A stretch of DNA of 64,000 nt, from the UHGV virus genome UHGV-0312576. One strand, written 5' to 3'. A program made the translations under genes and the position numbers. Position 1 is the first letter of the stretch; the number at the start of each line of letters is the position of its first letter. This DNA is from a virus. The notes under the pieces were generated by a model, which saw only the letters and a list, made by a program, of their open reading frames with translations, was not told where the DNA came from and did no database searches. This document shows, piece after piece, positions 54,684 to 63,161 of this stretch.

Positions 54684-55463
54684 ATGGCAATTATAGGAGC
54701 AATTTTAGGTGACATAGCTGGTTCCAGATGGGAGTTTCGTAGACCGAAAGGTTTAGACTGGGAACACATTGATTTATTTACAGATGATTGTTTCCTCACG
54801 GACGATACGGTTTTGACCGTAGCAACAAAATATGCTTTGCAGAATAATGTTTCATTCAAAGAAGCGTACCACAAGTTTGGAAATAAATATCCAAATTGCA
54901 GTTACGGCTGTGGCTTCGAGTCCTGGTTGGGGTCTAAGTGGAGCAAGCCGTACAATAGTTTTGGTAATGGTGCTGCTATGAGAGTATCACCTGTTGTAGA
55001 CTTATGTGAGTCACGATTAGAGGTAAGTTACGTTTCTAAAGAAAGTGCATTATGTACTCATAATCATCCAGAGGGAATTAAAGGAGCCAAGGTTACGGCA
55101 ACGTGTGCCTGGATGGCAAAGAGAGGCGCATCGAAGAAAGAAATTGAAGAATATGCCTGTAGAAAATATCCGTCTGATGAGTATATGTTTCCGGTGTCGA
55201 TGTCTTTAAAAGAATTAAGAGAAAAATATAGATGGAACGAAACTTGCCAAGGAAGTGTGCCAGTAGCAATCAGATGTTTTCTGGATAGTGAGGATTATGA
55301 GAGCTTCATCAGAAATGTGTTGAGTCTGCCATGTGATACCGATACATTGTGTGCTATTGGTGGAGGTATTGCTGAAGAATTTTATCATGGGACAGGCTTT
55401 AATGCGGACAAGTTGATGAGAGAATACTTGGATGAATATTTATATGAAATTGTGAAAGCGTAA
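54684..55463 (+). CDS. ADP-ribosylglycohydrolase family protein (DraG/ARH-like)
   Basis: 'GAILGDIAGS', 'FTDDT', 'GNGAAMRVSP' and 'GGDTDT'-type 'CDTDTLCAIGGG' motifs. Confidence 0.65.
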   Translation: MAIIGAILGDIAGSRWEFRRPKGLDWEHIDLFTDDCFLTDDTVLTVATKYALQNNVSFKEAYHKFGNKYPNCSYGCGFESWLGSKWSKPYNSFGNGAAMRVSPVVDLCESRLEVSYVSKESALCTHNHPEGIKGAKVTATCAWMAKRGASKKEIEEYACRKYPSDEYMFPVSMSLKELREKYRWNETCQGSVPVAIRCFLDSEDYESFIRNVLSLPCDTDTLCAIGGGIAEEFYHGTGFNADKLMREYLDEYLYEIVKA

Positions 55464-55479
55464 AGGAGAATAAGAAACT

Positions 55480-55755
55480 ATGAAGAAGAAAATATTAAAT
55501 CTTTTATTAATGGGAATGATGCTGATGACCTTACTTACAGGTTGTCAAAGTGTAGCAAAGTCTATGGGCGGTTCCATGACACTGAAATTGGAATCAAATC
55601 AAAAGTTAGAGGAGATTACATGGAAAGATGATTCTCTTTGGTATTTGACCAGGCCGATGACGGAGAATGATATTGCAGAGACTCATACATTTCAACAATC
55701 TACTGATTTTGGGGTGTTTGAGGGTACAGTTACCATTGTAGAGACAAAGGAGTAA
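55480..55755 (+). CDS. small lipoprotein (lipobox LLTGC)
   Basis: Signal peptide 'MKKKILNLLLMGMMLMTLLTGCQS'. Confidence 0.6.
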   Translation: MKKKILNLLLMGMMLMTLLTGCQSVAKSMGGSMTLKLESNQKLEEITWKDDSLWYLTRPMTENDIAETHTFQQSTDFGVFEGTVTIVETKE

Positions 55756-55770
55756 GAAGGGAATACATAT

Positions 55771-56070
55771 ACGAAGAAGTTATTTATCAGTCAGCCAATG
55801 AACGGCAAAACAGACGAATAAATTTTATCAGAAAGAGAAATTGCTATTACAAAAGCAAAGGAATTTGTTGGTGAAGAAGTAGAAATAATTGATACATTTT
55901 ATACGAATTTTTCTTCAGACGCAAAACCCCTTGAATATCTGGCTAGAAGTATTGCTGATTTAGCAAAAGCGGATGTAGCATATTTTGCAAAAGGTTGGGA
56001 TGAGAAGCGTGGCTGCAAGATTGAATATGAGTGTGCTACTCAATATGGAATTGCTACTATTACGGATTAG
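55771..56070 (+). pseudogene. DUF4406-like (nucleoside 2-deoxyribosyltransferase-like superfamily) gene with no valid start and an in-frame TAA
   Basis: The frame reads 'KKLFISQPMNGKTDE-stop-ILSEREIAITKAKEF...ADVAYFAKGWDEKRGCKIEYECATQYGIATI'. The TAA is at 55819-55821. The only in-frame ATG (55798) sits 7 codons before the stop. ACG occupies the expected start position. Confidence 0.35.
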
Positions 56071-56078
56071 GAGAAAAT

Positions 56079-56339
56079 ATGAAAGTTGATATTTCAAAGA
56101 AAATTATTACTTTAGATAATCAAAAACTATCTGATGAAATTGAGAAATATGAGTGTATTAGCAATCAGACAGCGTACTTATTTATGAGTCAGAACACAAT
56201 GAAAGCGTTGACTGATTTAATAGCAACGAGAATTCCATTTATGGAAATTAATACAGATGATTGTATTCTTGCTAAATATAAGGAAAGAAAAGTATTTCAG
56301 AACGATGAGCTGGAATTTGGTGAAATAGAAATCCGATAA
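56079..56339 (+). CDS. hypothetical protein (86 aa), paralog of the gene at 53404
   Basis: GGAGAAAAT RBS. C-terminal 'FGEIEIR'. Confidence 0.5.
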   Translation: MKVDISKKIITLDNQKLSDEIEKYECISNQTAYLFMSQNTMKALTDLIATRIPFMEINTDDCILAKYKERKVFQNDELEFGEIEIR

Positions 56340-56442
56340 AACTTCGATTTCCTGTGAAAAATTGGAGAATAAAATAATGTAACAAGGTAGTAATACCTAA
56401 AATATAAAATTCAAAATCAAAGATTAAAAGGAGAAAATAACT

Positions 56443-57084
56443 ATGACGACAGAAAAAATGACGGTACATAAAGCCCTGGCAGAACTGAAAATTATTGATG
56501 ACAGAATTATTTCTGCAATTAACGGAGGAACATACTGTGTAGCAAATAAGCACTCTAACGAAAAAATTAAAGGTGTTTCAGTTGACGAATACAAAGGTGT
56601 AATACAAGGCTACTACGACAAAGCAACAGATTTAATTAGGCGTAGAAACGCAATTAAGAGAGCGGTTGTTTTATCAAATTCTACAACAAAAGTTTCTATA
56701 AATGGAGAAGAATACACAAGAGCCGAAGCTATTGAAATGAAGAATCACGGTGTAGAGTTTGATGAGAGAATGCTTGAAATGCTTAATAAACAGTATAACA
56801 AGGCACAGGCAGAAATTCTCAAACAAAACGGCGATGACCTTGAAAAGCGGGCAGAGCAGTACGTTATTGGAATTTATGGTTCTAAAGAAGGAAAAACCAA
56901 CACAGATGATTTTGAGAAAACCAAAAAGGATTTTATGACGGCTAATGCCTTTGAACTGGTAGATCCGATTAAAATTCTGGACAAAATTAATGCCCTCGAA
57001 GATAAAATTGCCTCTTTCAAGGCTGAGGTTGACGCAGCATTGTCGGTCAGTAATGCAATTACTGAAATAGAGATTAGCTATTAG
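56443..57084 (+). CDS. hypothetical coiled-coil protein (213 aa)
   Basis: ORF track. RBS AAAGGAGAA. Confidence 0.5.
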   Translation: MTTEKMTVHKALAELKIIDDRIISAINGGTYCVANKHSNEKIKGVSVDEYKGVIQGYYDKATDLIRRRNAIKRAVVLSNSTTKVSINGEEYTRAEAIEMKNHGVEFDERMLEMLNKQYNKAQAEILKQNGDDLEKRAEQYVIGIYGSKEGKTNTDDFEKTKKDFMTANAFELVDPIKILDKINALEDKIASFKAEVDAALSVSNAITEIEISY

Positions 57085-57563
57085 CGAATAGTTAATTAAG
57101 ATTATTCACTGTTTACTGAAAACTTAAAACTACAACTCATTAGACTTTTGCAGATATAGTCTCATGTAAAGCGAAAAAGAAATCTGTAAATATAATGCAA
57201 ATATTATCAAATGAAATTAAAATCTATGATAAATATTTGTATAATTTCACAAGTAAAACAGTACATATAACTTGGCATAAAATGGTGCGACCATTAGCTA
57301 AGTACATGTAAGTATTATGAAATTATACTACTATACTATAAATTATTGCTTCCAGATGCGAGAAGCGTGTACTGTAAAGCTTAAAGTTATAAGGCTCAAA
57401 AAGTAAAGCTGAAAATTCAAAGTTTAAATCATGAGTCAAAGTTGAAATAGTAAATAGTAAAGATATAAAGTTTTATCAAATCCTTGATATACAGTTTAGC
57501 ATAGTTGTACTTGGCTATAAGCATCTGCAAGGCTGGTAAATAGTGAGTAATCTATAAAAATAA

Positions 57564-57637
57564 TGGGCATTCGCCAAGCGGTTAAGGCACAGGACTTTGA
57601 CTCCTGCATTACGTTGGTTCGAATCCAACATGCCCAG
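57564..57637 (+). tRNA. tRNA-Gln (anticodon TTG)
   Basis: Acceptor TGGGCAT/ATGCCCA. D arm GCC..GGC. Anticodon stem CAGGA/TCCTG with loop CTTTGAC. T arm GTTGG-TTCGAAT-CCAAC. Confidence 0.75.
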
Positions 57638-57640
57638 TTC

Positions 57641-57709
57641 TCACCATAGTTAGTCCCATTAGCTAACACAGCTAAACCGCCAGGGACGGCGGTGGCTATG
57701 GTGATACCA
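57641..57709 (+). other. tRNA-sized, non-canonical hairpin element sitting between two tRNAs
   Basis: 8-bp terminal stem TCACCATAG/CTATGGTGA encloses two hairpins (AGCT-aacac-AGCT and CCGCC-agggacg-GGCGG). No standard D, anticodon or T arms. The 3' end is ...ACCA. Confidence 0.3.
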
Positions 57710-57783
57710 GGATCATTAGCTCAGTTGGTCAGAGCATCCGGCTCATAACCGGACGGTCATCTGTTCGAGTCAGATATGATCCA
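57710..57783 (+). tRNA. tRNA-Met (anticodon CAT; could equally be Ile2/lysidine type)
   Basis: Acceptor GGATCAT/ATGATCC. D arm GCTC..GAGC. Anticodon stem TCCGG/CCGGA with loop CTCATAA. T arm ATCTG-TTCGAGT-CAGAT. Confidence 0.8.
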
Positions 57784-57785
57784 TA

Positions 57786-57850
57786 AGGCCGGTTCGACTC
57801 CGGCTCAATAGCAGAGGGCATGGTGCGACGGGGTGATGGTTCGACTCCAT
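57786..57850 (+). other. two stacked T-arm + acceptor-3' tRNA fragments with no 5' halves
   Basis: GCCGG-TTCGACT-CCGGC-TCAATAG and GATGG-TTCGACT-CCATC-TGATTTG. No complementary acceptor 5' strands are present upstream. Confidence 0.35.
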
Positions 57851-58169
57851 CTGATTTGTCTTTCAGAAGTGACGTGTCTGGGAGTAACCTGGGTAGGACA
57901 AGACTCATCCGCATGGTAAGGTGGATGTAAAACTGTCAAAGATTCCAGTTCAAAAGAGAATAAAATGAGGGAGGTATTATGTTTATATAAGGAGTTTATA
58001 ATGTTTATACAGCCGACGATGAAGATCCAAAATGTATAAGATGTGACAACGTTAATAATGATACTATTTGTATCACTCGCTGTGGTGAAAAACATGGATG
58101 GAATGGATATGAGAGAAGAGAATCAATAATGCAGAAGAATAAAAGATAAATGTTTGCTTTCCTAGGGAG

Positions 58170-58436
58170 GTGAGTGTAATAGATAAAACAGAAATAAGAT
58201 CAGAGATAATTAAACGGAGAATACATTATTTCTACTGTGATAATTGCGGTGAATATCTGGGCGCTGTTGAAGAATGTGATGATGGATATTACCATAGTCC
58301 AGGAGAATATAATTTGCCTATTCGTGTGGATAGTGTATGGTTTAGATATAATCAGCAATTGTGCGAAGAATGTAGAAAACAATTTATTGATACATTGAAA
58401 AATACATTGATTAATTTGGGATTTAAACCGGAATAA
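58170..58436 (+). CDS. zinc-ribbon protein (88 aa)
   Basis: ORF track. 'CDNCG...CEEC'. Confidence 0.4.
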   Translation: MSVIDKTEIRSEIIKRRIHYFYCDNCGEYLGAVEECDDGYYHSPGEYNLPIRVDSVWFRYNQQLCEECRKQFIDTLKNTLINLGFKPE

Positions 58437-58476
58437 ACCCACGTTTCATAGGAGGTGATTTAATATAGCGAAGGAT

Positions 58477-58770
58477 TTGATTAGTAGAAAAGAGCTGTTG
58501 AAAAAAGTTACTATTGATTGTAATGGGAAAAGAATCCCAGAAACAGATATTGACAATTTTCCTATTACATTAACCATCAGAGAAATTAAGGATTTGATTA
58601 GAAAAGAACCTTTGGCTTATGATGTGGATAAAGTTATAGGACAGTTAGAGGAATGTAAGTCAATTATGTTAAGCCCAACAACAATGGATTGTTTTGGAAC
58701 AAACTGTGAGCATAATGACTGTCTTGCATGTGTATTTGAAAAGGCAATCGAGATTGTAAAAAATGGTTAA
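58477..58770 (+). CDS. hypothetical protein with a C-terminal Cys cluster (97 aa, non-ATG start)
   Basis: ORF track. RBS AGGAGGTG. Confidence 0.4.
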   Translation: MISRKELLKKVTIDCNGKRIPETDIDNFPITLTIREIKDLIRKEPLAYDVDKVIGQLEECKSIMLSPTTMDCFGTNCEHNDCLACVFEKAIEIVKNG

Positions 58771-58791
58771 TAAAATGAGGGTGAAAAAATA

Positions 58792-58947
58792 ATGTGGAAT
58801 AGTGCTAAAAAAGAACCATTCGTAGACGATGTATATACTTGTATAGTCGAGTTTTATAAGGAACCATTTGATGTCCAGATTGTAGACTGCGAATATTACG
58901 GCGAGTGGAAAATTAATGAAACATGGAATCTTCTTTTGTGGAAGTGA
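58792..58947 (+). CDS. small hypothetical protein (51 aa)
   Basis: GAGGGTGAAAAAAT RBS. Confidence 0.35.
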   Translation: MWNSAKKEPFVDDVYTCIVEFYKEPFDVQIVDCEYYGEWKINETWNLLLWK

Positions 58948-59038
58948 AAGATGTTGGAGTAAAAAAAGTTGGGAGAGAGGAGAATAGTAGAATAGAGGTG
59001 AATACATCATTAGTAAAGAACTAAAATATCCAAAAGAT

Positions 59039-59293
59039 ATGTATACAGACTGTGGATTATATGATGGTGATATGGATAGCGAAGAAATTTCTTGTTATAA
59101 AGAGAAGTTAGTAAAGTGTAGAAAGCCACACAAATGTAATGCTTGTGATAAAGATATTCCTATAGGTGATTATGCACTTAATGAGTCGGGATTTATGGAT
59201 GACCATGCAATATCCTGTTATACCTGTACAGATTGTATTGAGGACTGGTTGGAAGAATCTGGACAGGTAGATACAGAAGATGATGGAGAATAG
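59039..59293 (+). CDS. Cys-rich protein (84 aa)
   Basis: ORF track. Confidence 0.4.
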   Translation: MYTDCGLYDGDMDSEEISCYKEKLVKCRKPHKCNACDKDIPIGDYALNESGFMDDHAISCYTCTDCIEDWLEESGQVDTEDDGE

Positions 59294-59361
59294 CGATTGA
59301 AAATCTTATTTCAAATCGATAATTAAAAAAATATTATACATAAAAAGGAGAATATAACACT

Positions 59362-59685
59362 ATGGAGAAAATTTTAGAATTGTTAGCAAGTAACCCGGAG
59401 TTAGTTATGCCAGTGGTAAGAGAGTACATTGCCAAGTATAAGCCTATGGCTTATGAACTGGCTCATGAAGTGATGGAGATTTATAAGGACTATGCAAATA
59501 ACACAGAGTACCCTTCTGTAATTGCAAAGACAAAGAAGAATCTCTACGATGCATATGTGGAAGTTGGATTTACTGGCGACCAGGCATTAGCACTCATGAT
59601 TAATGATAATATTCAGCTTCTGAAGAATCTTAAACAAATCTCTACTAATAACAGCAAATCTACTAAGAAATCACAGACTTTTTAA
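59362..59685 (+). CDS. hypothetical protein (107 aa)
   Basis: ORF track. RBS AAGGAGAA. Confidence 0.5.
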   Translation: MEKILELLASNPELVMPVVREYIAKYKPMAYELAHEVMEIYKDYANNTEYPSVIAKTKKNLYDAYVEVGFTGDQALALMINDNIQLLKNLKQISTNNSKSTKKSQTF

Positions 59686-59730
59686 CTGAAATAAAATTCC
59701 TATTTTATGTGATTATGTGAGGTGAAAACA

Positions 59731-59886
59731 ATGGAAGATTTACCGCTAACGTGTGACTGTGGCTCCGAAAGTACAATACATAAAAATCCTTATTACGATG
59801 AGATTGGAGAAGTGGAGTATGATTTACACTGCGCAAAGTGTGATAAGTATTTAGGGCACTTTGTATATGGGTGTTGGGAATATTAA
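59731..59886 (+). CDS. small zinc-ribbon protein (51 aa)
   Basis: GAGGTGAAAAC RBS. 'CDCGS...CAKCDK'. Confidence 0.4.
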   Translation: MEDLPLTCDCGSESTIHKNPYYDEIGEVEYDLHCAKCDKYLGHFVYGCWEY

Positions 59887-59896
59887 TTGAGAAAGG

Positions 59897-60256
59897 GTGA
59901 GAAAAATAAGAACAGAACTACCATGTTTACCACTTATCCAAGAGAGATTTTGGAATGAGGTAAAAAATAAAGAAGAATATGGGAGAGGTAATTGTTGTTG
60001 GCCAGAGTTTGAATTCTATATGTTTCCTCAAGTATGGGGAGATACATCATTAGGCTTCGGCGGCATTGGTGGTCAGGCTATGACATCTGCCTATACAACG
60101 GTCATAGTTGATAACTGTACTGGCTGGTGTGGAGTGTTTTTTGGAGAAAGACTGGCATATACAATTCTAAATCCTAATCAGGCGTTTTATGATGATTTAC
60201 ATAATGGTCGGATGGAGAGTGTTAGTAAATCGGGGAAATATTTGAGGAAAGAGTGA
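59897..60256 (+). CDS. hypothetical protein (119 aa, GTG start)
   Basis: ORF track. RBS GAAAGGGTGAG. Confidence 0.4.
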   Translation: MRKIRTELPCLPLIQERFWNEVKNKEEYGRGNCCWPEFEFYMFPQVWGDTSLGFGGIGGQAMTSAYTTVIVDNCTGWCGVFFGERLAYTILNPNQAFYDDLHNGRMESVSKSGKYLRKE

Positions 60257-60464
60257 GGTAAAAATTTGGGATTAATTTGTAAGCCGATTGGCAATTTCGC
60301 AAGCGTAATGAGAAGAATGGAGAATAAGTTAGCAGCGGAGAAGATAGAGAATAAGGTAAAGAATGAACGCAAGAGAACAAAAGAATTGGGTGCAGTCTAA
60401 TTCTATCAAAATAGAAATACAGCAATAGCTGTACAAAATATAAATTAAAAAGGAGATCATTATT

Positions 60465-61439
60465 ATGACAGACATTAACGCAAAGAGCACAAAGGCAGAA
60501 ATCATGGAGGCTTATATGGCCCAGAAGAAGCAACTTGATAAGTTGATGGCAGCAAAGGACGATCCGGTTGCCCAGGAGAAATTAAAAAAGCAGAAGCTGA
60601 CTCTTGATTCGGCAGCGGAGATTGCGGGTGCGGGTATTCTGAATGATTCAATTGTTAAGCAGTACAATGACATCTGTGAGGCAGTTGATATTAAAAAGGC
60701 AGAATTATGCGAATTATATGATATTGAAACAGAGTTGAACACACTTGTTGCCCTGGTAAACGCGCATAAAGACAAGGCTCATGAGTTGGATGAACAGTAT
60801 AAGCTGGTTAAAGCTGAAGCAGAGAAAAATCTTCAGGACACAAAGGCCGCTATTAAAGATGAGATTGATGCTCTCAACAAAGAAAAGGCTGAAGCACTGG
60901 CCATAATTAGAAAAGAAGCCGCAGATTTAAAAGCACAGTTAAAACAGGAACGGCAGCGTGAAGAAGAGGAATATACATATAATCGTGATAGAGCAAGAAA
61001 GATTGCCGAAGACAAATGGGCAGATGAAGAAGCTGTGAAGCGTAAAGAGTTGGAAGCGTGGAATAATTCTATTGAAGAAAGAGAATTATCTGTTATTGCA
61101 CAGGAGAACCACATTGGTGACCTTGAGCAGAAGGTAGCTGAAATCCCTTCGTTGATTGAATCTGCAACAACTGAAGGCTATGAGAAGGGGAAGTCCGATG
61201 CCGGGAAGTCTTGGGGTTTTGAAAAGAGGGCTATCGAGCAGAAGAATGAATATGAGCAGAAAGCGCTGCATGATAAGGTAGAACGTCTTGAGACGGATTT
61301 ATCAGATGCTAAGAATACTATTGTTACATTACAGAATAAGCTGGATTCAGCTTATGCTCAGATGAGAGAACTTGCTACTGACACTGTTAAGAGTAATGGC
61401 GGAGTGAAGATTTTGGACAGGGAGACTTCCGGGAAGTAA
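60465..61439 (+). CDS. long coiled-coil protein (324 aa)
   Basis: ORF track. RBS AAGGAGA. Heptad-rich, Lys/Glu/Ala-rich. Confidence 0.55.
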   Translation: MTDINAKSTKAEIMEAYMAQKKQLDKLMAAKDDPVAQEKLKKQKLTLDSAAEIAGAGILNDSIVKQYNDICEAVDIKKAELCELYDIETELNTLVALVNAHKDKAHELDEQYKLVKAEAEKNLQDTKAAIKDEIDALNKEKAEALAIIRKEAADLKAQLKQERQREEEEYTYNRDRARKIAEDKWADEEAVKRKELEAWNNSIEERELSVIAQENHIGDLEQKVAEIPSLIESATTEGYEKGKSDAGKSWGFEKRAIEQKNEYEQKALHDKVERLETDLSDAKNTIVTLQNKLDSAYAQMRELATDTVKSNGGVKILDRETSGK

Positions 61440-61447
61440 GGTGCTAA

Positions 61448-61789
61448 ATGGATTTATCAAGAGATTTTATACAATATGAGATAGACAATCCGCATAATGT
61501 AGCTTTTAAAAGTTTAGTGAGTTATGAAAACAGAGAAGATACCATTGAAGGATTTAGGAAGCTGCTTGATGGTACTGGTGGAGGTTGGATTTTGTGCAAA
61601 GACAACCTGCCAGACGATGGTGTAGAGGTTTTGTTTAAAGCAAAACTTGATGGGAGGAAGTATGTGGGACATAAGCATACACATATTTACCATGATGGAG
61701 AAAAACGGATTGAGTATCATTATTTAACGGTTAGGGGAAGTACACGAATTGGGTTGAAACCTATTGCATGGATGCCGCTACCAGAATAG
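61448..61789 (+). CDS. DUF551-like phage protein
   Basis: C-terminal '...IAWMPLPE' and the overall size (113 aa) fit DUF551. Confidence 0.45.
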   Translation: MDLSRDFIQYEIDNPHNVAFKSLVSYENREDTIEGFRKLLDGTGGGWILCKDNLPDDGVEVLFKAKLDGRKYVGHKHTHIYHDGEKRIEYHYLTVRGSTRIGLKPIAWMPLPE

Positions 61790-61902
61790 TTTAATTAATT
61801 TCTTATTCAATGGTCATTTCTGACCGAGTTTCCACAAATAAAAACAATTGAACAGAGAATATTTGTTTAGGCAAGATACAGCCTGCCTATGGTGTATTTA
61901 TG

Positions 61903-61950
61903 CAACTATATATAGATGAGACGGTGCCTGGTGCATACTATATATAGTTG
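61903..61950. repeat. perfect 13-bp inverted repeat CAACTATATATAG-N22-CTATATATAGTTG
   Basis: Seen directly. Lies in a 300-bp intergenic region upstream of the SSB-like gene. Confidence 0.6.
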
Positions 61951-62090
61951 TTAAATCGCCATGAAAGAGCTGTTTCATCATAGATTTTCATATAGAGTGA
62001 CTTTCTATGTTCCAGTCTGCGAAGGCTGTTGATGTTATATAAGATGTAAAAATATATGAATAATTTTATTTACAGGAGGACATTCAATTA

Positions 62091-63158
62091 ATGACAGAAA
62101 CAAAGAAAAAAGGAAGACTATTCGATTTACCTGAGACAAAAGGATCATTCCAGTTGAAAGGTATTGTTAGTGGTGTAGAGAAGGAAAACTTCTATAAGGA
62201 AATTAAGACCAAGAGCAATAAAGATATGAGAATGATTAACTTTGGAGTCGGATACGCTGAAGGCAGCACACTCTATGTTAATTTACAGGGTATGGAACAG
62301 GACAATGTTTACTACTCTAAGAAAGCAGAAAAGAAAGGCGAAAAAGGCGAAACTGTTAAAGTTCCTTGGGCAGACAGATTCACTTATAACCGTGAGGGAT
62401 TCAGACTTATCGGTAAGAACATTGGCGTAAAGAAGAAAGTTGATGAGACTGGTAAGACTGTAAATGATAAGAAGGTTATGACAGACTTCGATGCTTGTAA
62501 GGAAGTAAATGAAAACCTTAAGGATGGTGCAAGCGTATTTATCAGAGGAACACTTGATTATAGCAGTTTCTTAGATAACAACGGCAACAAGAAGTCTTCC
62601 ACAAAGTTAGTCCCTAATCAGATTTCCCTCTGTGCAGATGTTGTTTTTGATGATGATAACTTCACTCAGCAGAACGACTTCAATCAGGTAATTATCTTTA
62701 TGGGAATTGGGCAGGAAAAGGTAGATGATAAGCCTACTGGTAGATTCGTAGTTGCTGCAAAGATTGTTACATATAGCACAATTGAAGATGTTGAGTTTAT
62801 TGTGGAGAATAAGGATTTAGCTTCTAAATTTAAGAAATCTCTCAAGCCTTACAACGCAATCAAGGTTAATGGTCATATGGTTTCTTCTGTACAGACTGAG
62901 ACTGTAGTTGATGATGACGACAATTGGGGCGAAGAAGACGCTATGGAAAAGGTATCTGCTCCTGTCAAGAGAGAGTTCATCATTACTGGTGCAAAGGGTT
63001 CTACTATCGACAAGGAACTTTATACGGAAGCAAATATTGCTGAAGCAATCGCAAAGATTAACAAGGCTAATAAGGCAGAAAATGACTTTGGTAGTGATGA
63101 TGGTGATGATTGGGGAGAAGCTGATTTAGATTCTGATGAAGATGAAGCATGGGACTAA
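62091..63158 (+). CDS. putative single-stranded DNA-binding-type protein with acidic internal and C-terminal tails
   Basis: 355 aa. Acidic 'DDDDNWGEEDAME' and C-terminal 'DDGDDWGEADLDSDEDEAWD'. The fold assignment is inferred only. Confidence 0.3.
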   Translation: MTETKKKGRLFDLPETKGSFQLKGIVSGVEKENFYKEIKTKSNKDMRMINFGVGYAEGSTLYVNLQGMEQDNVYYSKKAEKKGEKGETVKVPWADRFTYNREGFRLIGKNIGVKKKVDETGKTVNDKKVMTDFDACKEVNENLKDGASVFIRGTLDYSSFLDNNGNKKSSTKLVPNQISLCADVVFDDDNFTQQNDFNQVIIFMGIGQEKVDDKPTGRFVVAAKIVTYSTIEDVEFIVENKDLASKFKKSLKPYNAIKVNGHMVSSVQTETVVDDDDNWGEEDAMEKVSAPVKREFIITGAKGSTIDKELYTEANIAEAIAKINKANKAENDFGSDDGDDWGEADLDSDEDEAWD

Positions 63159-63161
63159 TTA

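Noticed and set aside
57729-58095. minus-strand ORFs across the tRNA cluster
   Set aside because: They overlap tRNA-Met and the tRNA fragments. No RBS.
60222-61271. minus-strand ORFs inside the coiled-coil gene
   Set aside because: Antisense to a 324-aa RBS-supported gene. Low-complexity Ser/Leu-rich translations.
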